The notes beneath the pieces were generated by a model. It saw nothing but the letters and a program-made list of their open reading frames with translations, was not told the DNA's origin and ran no database searches. From a virus (taxonomy: Duplodnaviria; Caudoviricetes): a DNA stretch of 64,000 nt. The position numbers were made by a program, and so were the translations under genes. Each line of letters opens with the position of its first letter. Positions within the stretch are counted from its first letter, which is position 1. This document shows, piece after piece, positions 19,080-27,754 of this stretch. The DNA is taken from IMG/VR virus record IMGVR_UViG_3300021425_002620; one strand, written 5' to 3'.

Positions 19080-19531
19080 TAGAAACTAAAGTCTCCTTCT
19101 GCCGGAATAGTAATCTCTGTAACTGTGCCATCTTCTTGGACAATAGTTATAGTGATCATTCCGTCTGCCTTTACCCAAGTAATTGTTGACCCTTCAATCT
19201 CTGCTGTGCCTGTGTTAGAACATGTATCTGTGCAATCAGCAAACATAGCGTCAACCATCTGTTTGGATAATTGGGCATATATTCTTGATTCAACATTCCG
19301 AATAAACTTATTCAAAATGCTATTTTCTAGCTCACGTTCAATTCTTCTAGCCTCTGCTTCTGCCTTGTCTTTAATATCTTGCTTGCGATTGAACGATAAT
19401 TGTTCTGTACTTAAAACGTGTGCAGAATAACCTTGTCCACTAAAACTTGGGTTTTTAAATCCCCAAACTAATTCGCTTGCCTGAGCTACAGAGCTCATAA
19501 AGAACAACGTGAGTACGGCATATTTAATCAT
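19079..19531 (-). CDS. csgF: curli assembly protein CsgF
   Basis: Signal peptide; ELVWGFKNPSFSG, ESRIYAQLSKQ, DGTVTEITIP; adjacent to csgG. Confidence 0.85.
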   Translation of the reverse strand: MIKYAVLTLFFMSSVAQASELVWGFKNPSFSGQGYSAHVLSTEQLSFNRKQDIKDKAEAEARRIERELENSILNKFIRNVESRIYAQLSKQMVDAMFADCTDTCSNTGTAEIEGSTITWVKADGMITITIVQEDGTVTEITIPAEGDFSF

Positions 19532-19579
19532 AATGGATTCCCTCTTTCATATATTTATTAAAACGTTGCCCTAATCACG

Positions 19580-19624
19580 TAAATACACTTGTATTTATCT
19601 GATGGGTGTTAAAATTCTAACACC
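19580..19624. promoter_or_regulatory. back-to-back late promoters and palindrome
   Basis: TAAATAC-ACTT-GTATTTA (19580-19597); GGTGTTA-N6-TAACACC (19605-19624). Confidence 0.5.
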
Positions 19625-19650
19625 ATATTACTTCGATAGGAACAAGACAA

Positions 19651-19899
19651 ATGAAAGATAAAATGACTGAAGACGAATTACGAGCGGCTGAGCAAGATGC
19701 CCTTTGGAGAATATGTGAAGAACTAAGTGCCTATCATGATACAAGGCCTGTGGATTTGTCTCAAGAAGTTAGCGAATTAGAACAACAAGAGATTGAACGT
19801 GCATTAAGAGCGTGTGATGATAATCAAACAAAGGCAGCTAAATTATTAAAACTTAATCGCACTACACTTCTTGCTAAAATGAAAAAGTACAATATTTAA
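19651..19899 (+). CDS. Fis-type HTH DNA-binding protein
   Basis: EIERALRACDDNQTKAAKLLKLNRTTLLAKMKKY matches HTH_8 pattern. Confidence 0.85.
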   Translation: MKDKMTEDELRAAEQDALWRICEELSAYHDTRPVDLSQEVSELEQQEIERALRACDDNQTKAAKLLKLNRTTLLAKMKKYNI

Positions 19900-21560
19900 G
19901 AAGCAATATATCCAGGTGTTGGCGTTTGCTGATCGTCGTTCCAGTTAAAGCCGCCGCCTGTTATAATTTTATCTCCGCCCATTTGCTGTACTAAATCATC
20001 AGCGTCTTTAAAGATAACATAGTTTAGATTGTCTGTTCTAAGCAACATAACAGTAGTAATACCATCTGCTAAATGATAACTTGAATACGCAATTTTAGAA
20101 TATGCTATATTCATTTTCTTCATATCAACTGTACCGTCATCGTTAATAGCATCAGCAATAAGTTCGCCCGGATTAAATGGTTTATGATGTTTGTTACCTG
20201 CTTGTTCTTTGCTTAACTTATCATAGTTTTGTACTAGTGCTTTGATAGTAGATTCAAAGAGTTCATATGTTTCTCTCTTGTTAGCATAAGGTTGTAAGAC
20301 TTCAATATTAAGTGCTTTGAAACCTGAATTGTTCCAGTTGTATTTTGAACCTTCTTTTGCTTTCTTTTTGATAACGTTATATCTATTACCGTTATACTTT
20401 CTTGCAGGTACTAGTTTTTCTGAACCATCTTTTTGTGTAACAGAGACTGTTGCGTCTTCTGGTGCATTCTGCATTATTTGATTAATACCTTTTGCCCACG
20501 TAGACCAACCTGTTGTTGCTTTTGCAATAGCCTTACTATTAAATCGTCCACCAGTCTTTGCACTTGCTTTAATTTCAACTTCTTCGTCACCTATCTTAAG
20601 ATCACCCTTTTTGCCTTTTTCAGCAGGGTTACCCATCATTGACAGTGCCATTTCGCCTGGACCGATTGCACCTGATGTTGTACCTGGAGAATAACTAAAA
20701 ATGTTTTCTTCAACAAATACATCAAACACTTTTTGGTATTTAGGATTTACATGATTCTTAATGTTACCCTCTGATCTACTAATAACATCAAGCATGTTAA
20801 TAACATCGCCTTTTACACAGGCACCTAAAAAATCTTTTATTTCTTCACTTGTTACATCGCTGCCTTCTTGTATGTCAAGTATTTTACCAAACAGTGCTTG
20901 CTTTAGTGTCTTGGTAAACTTTTCTGCATTAACAGCCATCTTTTTATATGAAGCTCTGTCTGTTGATGTCATTGCAGAAGTGTCTGCATCTGCTGAATAG
21001 CCTTGTACCTTGTTTCCTAATGTGACAAGAATACCAGTTACTTCTTTTACAAAATTTATAGCTTCATCACGCTCTGATCTTGCTTGATCACGTTGCGCAC
21101 GAACTACTTCAAATTCTTTTACTAATTGATCTAATGGTTTATTGATGTCTGCAATAACTTTTTCTTTTTGTGCATCATCAATAGGTAATTTAGCAACTGC
21201 CGAAACTGCATCTTTAATTTCTTTAATTGCTTTTTCAGCTCTTGCATCAGCTGCTTCATAATCCTTAATTGAATATAACTTCTTTTGTACTTGTGGATTT
21301 GCTTTAGCTTCTTGTTGTTGTGGTTGTGGAGCAGACTTTGCTTGATTTGTAACTCTGTTAACAAATGCTGTAACATCTTTAGCCATTTTTTCTAGTTTAG
21401 AAACTAGAGTCATTTTAGCATCTACTTTTTCAGTAGGTATTTGTGATATAGAAGAACTAATGGCTTCTAAATCGTGTAACGTGTGTTGTGTTTCTAAACC
21501 AGCATTAGCTGCTTTATTTTCTGCAAGTTGAATTGATACTTTGATGTCACTAAAACGCAT
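19896..21560 (-). CDS. coiled-coil protein with possible C-terminal PD-(D/E)XK-like domain
   Basis: GPGEMAL...GDLKIGDEEVEIKAS; TATAAATA at 21586-21593. Confidence 0.6.
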   Translation of the reverse strand: MRFSDIKVSIQLAENKAANAGLETQHTLHDLEAISSSISQIPTEKVDAKMTLVSKLEKMAKDVTAFVNRVTNQAKSAPQPQQQEAKANPQVQKKLYSIKDYEAADARAEKAIKEIKDAVSAVAKLPIDDAQKEKVIADINKPLDQLVKEFEVVRAQRDQARSERDEAINFVKEVTGILVTLGNKVQGYSADADTSAMTSTDRASYKKMAVNAEKFTKTLKQALFGKILDIQEGSDVTSEEIKDFLGACVKGDVINMLDVISRSEGNIKNHVNPKYQKVFDVFVEENIFSYSPGTTSGAIGPGEMALSMMGNPAEKGKKGDLKIGDEEVEIKASAKTGGRFNSKAIAKATTGWSTWAKGINQIMQNAPEDATVSVTQKDGSEKLVPARKYNGNRYNVIKKKAKEGSKYNWNNSGFKALNIEVLQPYANKRETYELFESTIKALVQNYDKLSKEQAGNKHHKPFNPGELIADAINDDGTVDMKKMNIAYSKIAYSSYHLADGITTVMLLRTDNLNYVIFKDADDLVQQMGGDKIITGGGFNWNDDQQTPTPGYIAS

Positions 21561-21588
21561 TAAATTATTTCCTAAATGTTTTTAGTAT

Positions 21589-22287
21589 TTATACTATTTT
21601 AGGAAATAACATATCCGTGCAGAATTTATCTACATCTGCTTCTGGTAATCCTAAACTTTTCATTGTACGTGGAGTGTGCGGATTTTGTTGTTGATTATGA
21701 CAGTAATAGTTTTGTGCGGCAGCAACTAATGGTACTTCACCTGAACCATCGCTTTGACCTATTTCATCAAAATATGCACGAAGATTGTTTAATGCTAGTT
21801 CTACGATAGCAACTGCTTCTTCTTCAGTGTTTACATTACCTGCGGCAACCATTTTATCAGTAAAAATATTTTTAGCCCACTGCGGAAGCTCACGTTGTTT
21901 CTTAGGAATAAAATCTGCTACTGCTTCATAATAGCCTTGTATCATATCATGATCTTCATTGGTAGTAGGAGAAAAATCATGGAATGCTCCTGTCATTTTA
22001 TTCTTACCTGCAATCACATCAAAGCCATATATTGGTCCGTCATTATTTAAATTAGGAAAGACACATACATGCATCATCCAAAGGCCTTTGCTATCTCTAG
22101 CATCCACAACGTCAATGTGTGCCCTGCGAACACTACTGTTAGCCCACACACGGTTAATCCAACCGTTATCAGGTTGGTTAAAAGCATCAAGTCCTTCTTC
22201 ATTATATTCTGTTGCTTTTTCGTTGAATATATTTATAATTTCGTCTTGACATTCAATTAGTTTAGTCCAAATAATACTCAAGAGCAA
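21589..22287 (-). CDS. pcyX: ferredoxin-dependent bilin reductase, PcyA/PcyX family
   Basis: RRAHID, MHVCVFP, PIYGFDVIAG, FHDFSP, RELPQWA, QQQNPHT; coupled to heme oxygenase. Confidence 0.85.
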   Translation of the reverse strand: MLLSIIWTKLIECQDEIINIFNEKATEYNEEGLDAFNQPDNGWINRVWANSSVRRAHIDVVDARDSKGLWMMHVCVFPNLNNDGPIYGFDVIAGKNKMTGAFHDFSPTTNEDHDMIQGYYEAVADFIPKKQRELPQWAKNIFTDKMVAAGNVNTEEEAVAIVELALNNLRAYFDEIGQSDGSGEVPLVAAAQNYYCHNQQQNPHTPRTMKSLGLPEADVDKFCTDMLFPKIV

Positions 22288-22831
22288 CCTCCATCATTTC
22301 TTGAAATAATTCTGTAGCAGATGTAAACACCCATTTGGCTTCTTCTGCTTGTCCGTCGTGTGTATATGTTCTTAAATTTTCTTTAAGATCTTTTACATCA
22401 CCTTTAAACTGATACATGCGGCCTTCACCAGGTATCTTCTTTTTAATCATTTGCCCGCCACTAAGGTCACCCATATGTAGTACATATACGTGTGCCATAA
22501 GCAGGTCTTTGTTGTCTTTAATTTCTTCAATTCTATCTAAGTACTTCCAAGTACTAGGTAGTGTTATTGGTGTCCTATTAGCAATGTCCCAAAGCTCTTG
22601 CCAATCATCTTCTATCTTTTTCATTTGTTTGATGTCAAATAATTTTAAATCATCTGCCCAAACACCTAACTGATCTAATGCTTCTTCGAGTGCTTCGTAC
22701 TTCTTCCATTGATTATATAAGTATGTTGCATAAAAATCAGGATTGATTTTACCACTCATTAATACTTTGACAAACTCTTGTCTTTCGGCGTTTTGGTGAT
22801 GCTCCCAAGTTAGCTCTTTTAAATTGCTCAA
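22262..22831 (-). CDS. hemO: heme oxygenase
   Basis: LKELTWEHHQNAE; AHVYVLHMGDLSGGQMI. Confidence 0.92.
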   Translation of the reverse strand: MSNLKELTWEHHQNAERQEFVKVLMSGKINPDFYATYLYNQWKKYEALEEALDQLGVWADDLKLFDIKQMKKIEDDWQELWDIANRTPITLPSTWKYLDRIEEIKDNKDLLMAHVYVLHMGDLSGGQMIKKKIPGEGRMYQFKGDVKDLKENLRTYTHDGQAEEAKWVFTSATELFQEMMEVALEYYLD

Positions 22832-23146
22832 TTAGTCCTCCTCTTCCATTTTGATTTGCAATGGAAAGCCTTTTTGTCTACTTGCCTGAACAGCTTCGTT
22901 GGTCTTTGTTTCAGCAATTTCAAAACTATACACGCCTGCTATTCCACTTCCTTCTGTATGTATCGTCATTGTAAGTTGTTCTGCAGAAATATGGCTGTGT
23001 TTGAATACAACAGTAAGTAATTCTATTACCCATTCTACCGGAGTATGATTATCATTTAAAAAAATAACTTTGTAGCGTTTTGGAACTTCAACAGTCTTTT
23101 CTATTTTTTCATCAATTTGAATATCTTCTACAATATCTGTACTCAT
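22832..23146 (-). CDS. clpS: Clp protease adaptor ClpS
   Basis: YKVIFLNDNHTPVEWV...IHTEGSGIAGVYSFEIAETK...FPLQIKME. Confidence 0.93.
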   Translation of the reverse strand: MSTDIVEDIQIDEKIEKTVEVPKRYKVIFLNDNHTPVEWVIELLTVVFKHSHISAEQLTMTIHTEGSGIAGVYSFEIAETKTNEAVQASRQKGFPLQIKMEEED

Positions 23147-23162
23147 TTATTTTTCCTTAAAA

Positions 23163-23190
23163 TGTTAGGGGAGACAATGCTCCCCTAACA
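23163..23190 (-). terminator. intrinsic terminator after hsp20
   Basis: 11-bp inverted repeat TGTTAGGGGAG/CTCCCCTAACA followed by T4. Confidence 0.75.
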
Positions 23191-23196
23191 ACTCTA

Positions 23197-23655
23197 TTAC
23201 TCGACTTCGCCGTTAATTACAGGTGAACCAACATTGATGTTGATTTTCTTAGGTTGTAGTTCTTCAGGTACTTCACGAACTAAAGTAATGTTTAACATAC
23301 CTAGTTCAAGATTTGCCTGCTCTACTTCCATATGATCTGCAAGTGTAAATTCTCTACGGAAATTACGTCCTGCAATACCTTTGTGCAAGTAATTTACATC
23401 ATCGTCACCCTTTGGTGCTAAACCTTCTACACGAAGAATATTACCCTCTTTAGTAATATCCAACTCGTCCATAGCAAAGCCTGCAACGGCAAGTGAGATT
23501 ACATACTCATCATCAGATATCTGTACAATATTATACGGAGGATATCCTGTTGATTGTGAATTAGAAAATTGTCTTTCTAATTCGTTAAACATTCTATCAA
23601 AGCCAATTGTGGCCCTGTGAAAATGTGGTAGGTCTAAAGTTGTTAGTCTTGTCAT
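23197..23655 (-). CDS. small heat shock protein Hsp20/IbpA family
   Basis: GFDRMF, YPPYNI, LAVAGF, YLHKGIAGRNFRREFTLA, GMLNITL. Confidence 0.95.
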   Translation of the reverse strand: MTRLTTLDLPHFHRATIGFDRMFNELERQFSNSQSTGYPPYNIVQISDDEYVISLAVAGFAMDELDITKEGNILRVEGLAPKGDDDVNYLHKGIAGRNFRREFTLADHMEVEQANLELGMLNITLVREVPEELQPKKININVGSPVINGEVE

Positions 23656-23660
23656 TTTAT

Positions 23661-23712
23661 TTCTCCTTATTAAGCAAGATTAATGTGTAGAGCCCAAATG
23701 GCACTCTACACA
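23661..23712 (-). promoter_or_regulatory. ROSE-like RNA thermometer in hsp20 leader
   Basis: 5' hairpin (9-bp arms) then UCUUGCU-UAAUA-AGGAGA with bulged G. Confidence 0.7.
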
Positions 23713-23720
23713 ATTATTTA

Positions 23721-25616
23721 TTAAGATGCTTCGTCAAACTCTGCATCAATTATATCCTCAGCTTCAATTGGACCTTCGTCTGTTGCTGCTGAAGAATCTT
23801 TTTGCTGTTTAGCCGCCATTACTGCGCCGGCTGCGGTAGCAAACTCCGTGATCTTAGCGTTGATAGCATCTGTATCATCGCCTTTAACTGCTTCTTCTAA
23901 TGCATCACGTGCTTCAGTATAAGCAGTAACTTGTTCTTCTGTTAAGTCTGCTTGCACTTCTTCAAAGTCACGGTTGGCTTGAGCAATGTGTTGCTCTGCA
24001 CCATTACGTGCTTCAACAAGGGCTCTACGCTTCTTGTCTTCTTCTGCATTAGCTTCTGCATCTTTCACCATTTGTTCAATTTCAGACTCAGACAAGCCGC
24101 CGTCACTTTGAATAGTTAACTTTTGTTCTTTGCCTGTGCCTTTGTCTGTAGCACTTACACTTAGAATACCGTTTGCATCAATATCAAATTTTACTTCAAT
24201 TTGAGGAATACCACGCATTGCTGGTGCAATACCTTCTAAGTTAAACATGCCAAGATGTTTGTTATCTCTGATAAACTCACGCTCACCTTGTGCTACATTA
24301 ATTGTAACTGCTGGTTGGTTGTCTTCTGCTGTTGAGAAAACTTGTGACTTTGATGTAGGAATAGTTGTATTCTTATCAATCAATTTAGTCATAATGCCAC
24401 CCATTGTTTCAATACCTAGTGACAATGGAGTAACGTCTAATAATAGTACGTCCTGCTTGTCGCCTGCTAGTACTGCACCCTGGATCGCTGCACCTGCTGC
24501 AACTGCTTCATCTGGATTTACATCCTTGCGTGGAGCCTTACCAAAGTATTTTTCAACAGCCGTTTGTACTGCTGGCATACGTGTTTGGCCACCTACAAGA
24601 ATAACTTCGTCAATGTCACTTGGCTTTAGTCCTGCATCTTTAACTGCAACTTTACATGGCTCAATTGAACGTGCAACAAGGTCATTCACCATTGCTTCGT
24701 ACTTTGAACGTGTAAGGTTAATAGCCATATGCTTAGGACCACTAGCATCAGCAGTCACATACGGAAGGTTAATTTCAGTTTGTTCTGTGCTTGATAGTTC
24801 TACTTTTGCCTTTTCTGCCGCTTCCTTCAAACGCTGAAGAGCCATTTTATCTGTCGATAGATCAACAGCATCTGACTTTTTAAATTCTGCAATCAAATAG
24901 TCAATAATTGCTTGGTCAAAATCTTCACCGCCTAAGAATGTGTCGCCGTTTGTAGCAAGAACTTCAAACTGCTTTTCACCGTCAACATCTGATATTTCAA
25001 TAATTGAGATATCAAAAGTACCACCACCTAAGTCGTATACTGCAATCTTCTTATCACCTTTGCCGCCTTTATCAACACCATATGCTAGTGCTGCTGCCGT
25101 TGGCTCGTTGATAATACGTAGGACTTCAAGACCTGCAATCTTACCAGCGTCTTTAGTTGCTTGACGTTGCGAGTCGTTAAAGTATGCAGGAACTGTAATA
25201 ACTGCTTGTGTTACAGGCTCACTTAGATATGCTTCTGCATCTTGTTTAATTTTGCGTAGGATTTCTGCACTAATTTGCTGTGGTGCATACTTTTCTTCAC
25301 CTACTTGTACCCATGCATCTTTGTTGTCTGCTTCGACAATTTTAAAGGGCATGTTTTTGATATCTTTTTGTACTGCTTTGTCTTTGAACTTACGTCCAAT
25401 CAAACGTTTTACAGCAAATACTGTACTATCTGCGTTTGTTACGCCTTGACGCTTTGCAGTAGTACCTACTAGAACTTCACCGTCGTCCTTATAGGCAACA
25501 ATACTTGGGGTAGTTCTGTTACCTTCTTTGTTTTCGATGATTTTATATGATGATCCGTCTACAATAGATAGACATGAATTTGTTGTACCGAGATCGATAC
25601 CGATTACTTTTGCCAT
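23721..25616 (-). CDS. dnaK: chaperone DnaK
   Basis: [46 protein letters not shown]; full length. Confidence 0.99.
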   Translation of the reverse strand: MAKVIGIDLGTTNSCLSIVDGSSYKIIENKEGNRTTPSIVAYKDDGEVLVGTTAKRQGVTNADSTVFAVKRLIGRKFKDKAVQKDIKNMPFKIVEADNKDAWVQVGEEKYAPQQISAEILRKIKQDAEAYLSEPVTQAVITVPAYFNDSQRQATKDAGKIAGLEVLRIINEPTAAALAYGVDKGGKGDKKIAVYDLGGGTFDISIIEISDVDGEKQFEVLATNGDTFLGGEDFDQAIIDYLIAEFKKSDAVDLSTDKMALQRLKEAAEKAKVELSSTEQTEINLPYVTADASGPKHMAINLTRSKYEAMVNDLVARSIEPCKVAVKDAGLKPSDIDEVILVGGQTRMPAVQTAVEKYFGKAPRKDVNPDEAVAAGAAIQGAVLAGDKQDVLLLDVTPLSLGIETMGGIMTKLIDKNTTIPTSKSQVFSTAEDNQPAVTINVAQGEREFIRDNKHLGMFNLEGIAPAMRGIPQIEVKFDIDANGILSVSATDKGTGKEQKLTIQSDGGLSESEIEQMVKDAEANAEEDKKRRALVEARNGAEQHIAQANRDFEEVQADLTEEQVTAYTEARDALEEAVKGDDTDAINAKITEFATAAGAVMAAKQQKDSSAATDEGPIEAEDIIDAEFDEAS

Positions 25617-25620
25617 TTTA

Positions 25621-25667
25621 TTCTCCTTTATTAAGCAAGATTAATATTCGAACCCTTTCGGCGTTCA
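25621..25667 (-). promoter_or_regulatory. ROSE-like RNA thermometer in dnaK leader
   Basis: GAAA-tetraloop hairpin then UCUUGCU-UAAUAA-AGGAGA. Confidence 0.65.
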
Positions 25668-25677
25668 TTTTTATTTA

Positions 25678-25962
25678 TCACGAGAAAACCGCTACTATTT
25701 CATTATTGGTAACAGAAATGTATTCTTCATCCTCATGAGTAAATTTTGTTCCACCATTTGCATTTACCAAGATACGATCTCCTGGAGATACATTTGGCTT
25801 TGTAAACTTACCTTTGTTATCGTAAGTTCCTTCACCTACTGCTAAAACTTCAGCTTCTACTACGCCATCGTTTTTAGCATTAGCTAAAATAATTCCGCCT
25901 GATGTTATTTCATCAGGATCATTTTGTTTAATAATGATATTTGCGTGAATTGGTCTTAACAT
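25678..25962 (-). CDS. groES: co-chaperonin GroES
   Basis: LRPIHANIII, TSGGIIL, VLAVGEG, PGDRIL. Confidence 0.9.
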   Translation of the reverse strand: MLRPIHANIIIKQNDPDEITSGGIILANAKNDGVVEAEVLAVGEGTYDNKGKFTKPNVSPGDRILVNANGGTKFTHEDEEYISVTNNEIVAVFS

Positions 25963-25963
25963 A

Positions 25964-27112
25964 TCAATTTCCTATTGTTGATTTTTCGTATACAGCATTA
26001 TGTGTTTGCGTACATCTAACAAATGTAGTGCATTTACTTAAATGCTTTAATTTTACTGCGCCTGCGTAAGTACAAGTAGAACGCACCCCACCAAGGATAT
26101 CTTGAATAGTACGAGCCACTGTTCCTCTGTAAGGCACAAGAACCGTTCGTCCTTCACTGCTACGGTACTCCTTTAGTCCGCCAAAATGTTTATCGTTTGC
26201 ACTTTCACTACTCATACCGTAGAACTGCACAAACTGTTTTGTTTCTTTTACATAACTTCCAGTTGCTCCAGAAGGTATTATTTCATTTGTAACATAAGTC
26301 TTTGTAATTACTTCGCCGCCGCCTTCATCGTGTCCAGCAAGCATACCACCAAGCATTACAAAGTCGGCCCCGCCCGCAAAAGCCTTAGCAATATCGCCAG
26401 GACAGGTACAACCACCGTCAGCAATAATATGACCACCAAGGCCATGAGCGGCATCAGCGCACTCCATAACGGCACTGAGTTGTGGATATCCCACACCAGT
26501 TTGTATCCTAGTAGTGCAAACGCTACCAGGCCCGATACCCACTTTAACAATATCTGCTCCTGCAAGAATAAGTTCCTCCGTCATTTCGCCTGTAACAACA
26601 TTGCCTGCAATTATTACAATATGTGGATAAGTCTCACGCATCTTTGCAACAAAGTCACGAAAGCGATTTGAATATCCGTTAGCTACATCAATGCAAACAT
26701 ATTTTAGATTGCCGTCTGCACGTTCGTATACATTTTCAAACTTGTACCAGTCATTACCACCAATACCAATGCTCATTGCTACATAGTTTGTACGTTCGTA
26801 CATATCTGTATCGAAGTATTCAACGAGTTCGTCTACGGTATAAGTTTTAACTAGACATGTAAACAAGCCGCCTTCTGCCATCTTGTCTGCCATTTCAAAT
26901 GTACCAACACCGTCCATATTAGCAGCCATAATAGGCACACCTACCCAATGCGGAATATCTCGCATGGTTTCTATACTCATGTCTTCAGGTTGCCAGTTAC
27001 GCCAATTATATTCTCTATTAAGATCTACTTCTTTACGACTTCCTAATGTGCTACGTTTTGGTCGAATCAAAACGTCTTTGTAGTCAAGTTTTAGATCCTC
27101 TTCAAGGCGCAT
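25964..27112 (-). CDS. guaC: GMP reductase
   Basis: [55 protein letters not shown]. Confidence 0.97.
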   Translation of the reverse strand: MRLEEDLKLDYKDVLIRPKRSTLGSRKEVDLNREYNWRNWQPEDMSIETMRDIPHWVGVPIMAANMDGVGTFEMADKMAEGGLFTCLVKTYTVDELVEYFDTDMYERTNYVAMSIGIGGNDWYKFENVYERADGNLKYVCIDVANGYSNRFRDFVAKMRETYPHIVIIAGNVVTGEMTEELILAGADIVKVGIGPGSVCTTRIQTGVGYPQLSAVMECADAAHGLGGHIIADGGCTCPGDIAKAFAGGADFVMLGGMLAGHDEGGGEVITKTYVTNEIIPSGATGSYVKETKQFVQFYGMSSESANDKHFGGLKEYRSSEGRTVLVPYRGTVARTIQDILGGVRSTCTYAGAVKLKHLSKCTTFVRCTQTHNAVYEKSTIGN

Positions 27113-27113
27113 T

Positions 27114-27377
27114 TTAAAATCCTCTTTCTTGTTCCTGTTTGCGTAATTTTTTCAACCAACGAGCCCTGCCGGCTGCTTTTGCTTTTTTACGAAGTTCACT
27201 TGGCTTAGTGTAACGCTCACGTTCTCTAAGCTCTTGTAAGATTCCATCTTCTTGGACTTTCTTTTTAAAAATTCTTAGTGCTTTGTTAAAGTCACCGTTT
27301 TTAACTTCAACACTTAAACCTTTGAAGTTACTTTCGTTTTGATATCGATTCCGATTATTTTTGCGATTAAACGCCAT
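27114..27377 (-). CDS. rpsU: 30S ribosomal protein bS21
   Basis: [19 protein letters not shown]...[14 protein letters not shown]. Confidence 0.9.
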   Translation of the reverse strand: MAFNRKNNRNRYQNESNFKGLSVEVKNGDFNKALRIFKKKVQEDGILQELRERERYTKPSELRKKAKAAGRARWLKKLRKQEQERGF

Positions 27378-27747
27378 TCATATCTCCTTCTTTTAAGAAT
27401 GATAAATCATATACTCTGTTAATGCTTATATTATTATATACTGAATCGATAGAGTTTGTCAACCAGTATGTGTTCGGATTAGCAATAATATAACTTGCTA
27501 GATCTCTAACTTCTGATGTAGAGTTATCAACATCAAATATAACATAATCTACAATTTTTGACACAGTTAATAACCAATCAAAATTATGTTCTTTTAACTC
27601 GTACACGTAAAGATTAAAACTTATGTTCCAGTCTTGTACAACAGTTTGAAACTCAGATTTAAGAGATTCACTAGGATAAATTAAAAGTATTGATTTGCTA
27701 TGATTAAGGACTTTGTCGGGTGGTGTAACTAATGTTATATTTGGCAT
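27367..27747 (-). CDS. hypothetical protein
   Basis: 126-aa ORF in operon. Confidence 0.7.
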   Translation of the reverse strand: MPNITLVTPPDKVLNHSKSILLIYPSESLKSEFQTVVQDWNISFNLYVYELKEHNFDWLLTVSKIVDYVIFDVDNSTSEVRDLASYIIANPNTYWLTNSIDSVYNNISINRVYDLSFLKEGDMNGV

Positions 27748-27754
27748 TTATGAC

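Noticed and set aside
24247-24837. 196-aa plus-strand ORF
   Set aside because: Typical antisense open frame of dnaK.
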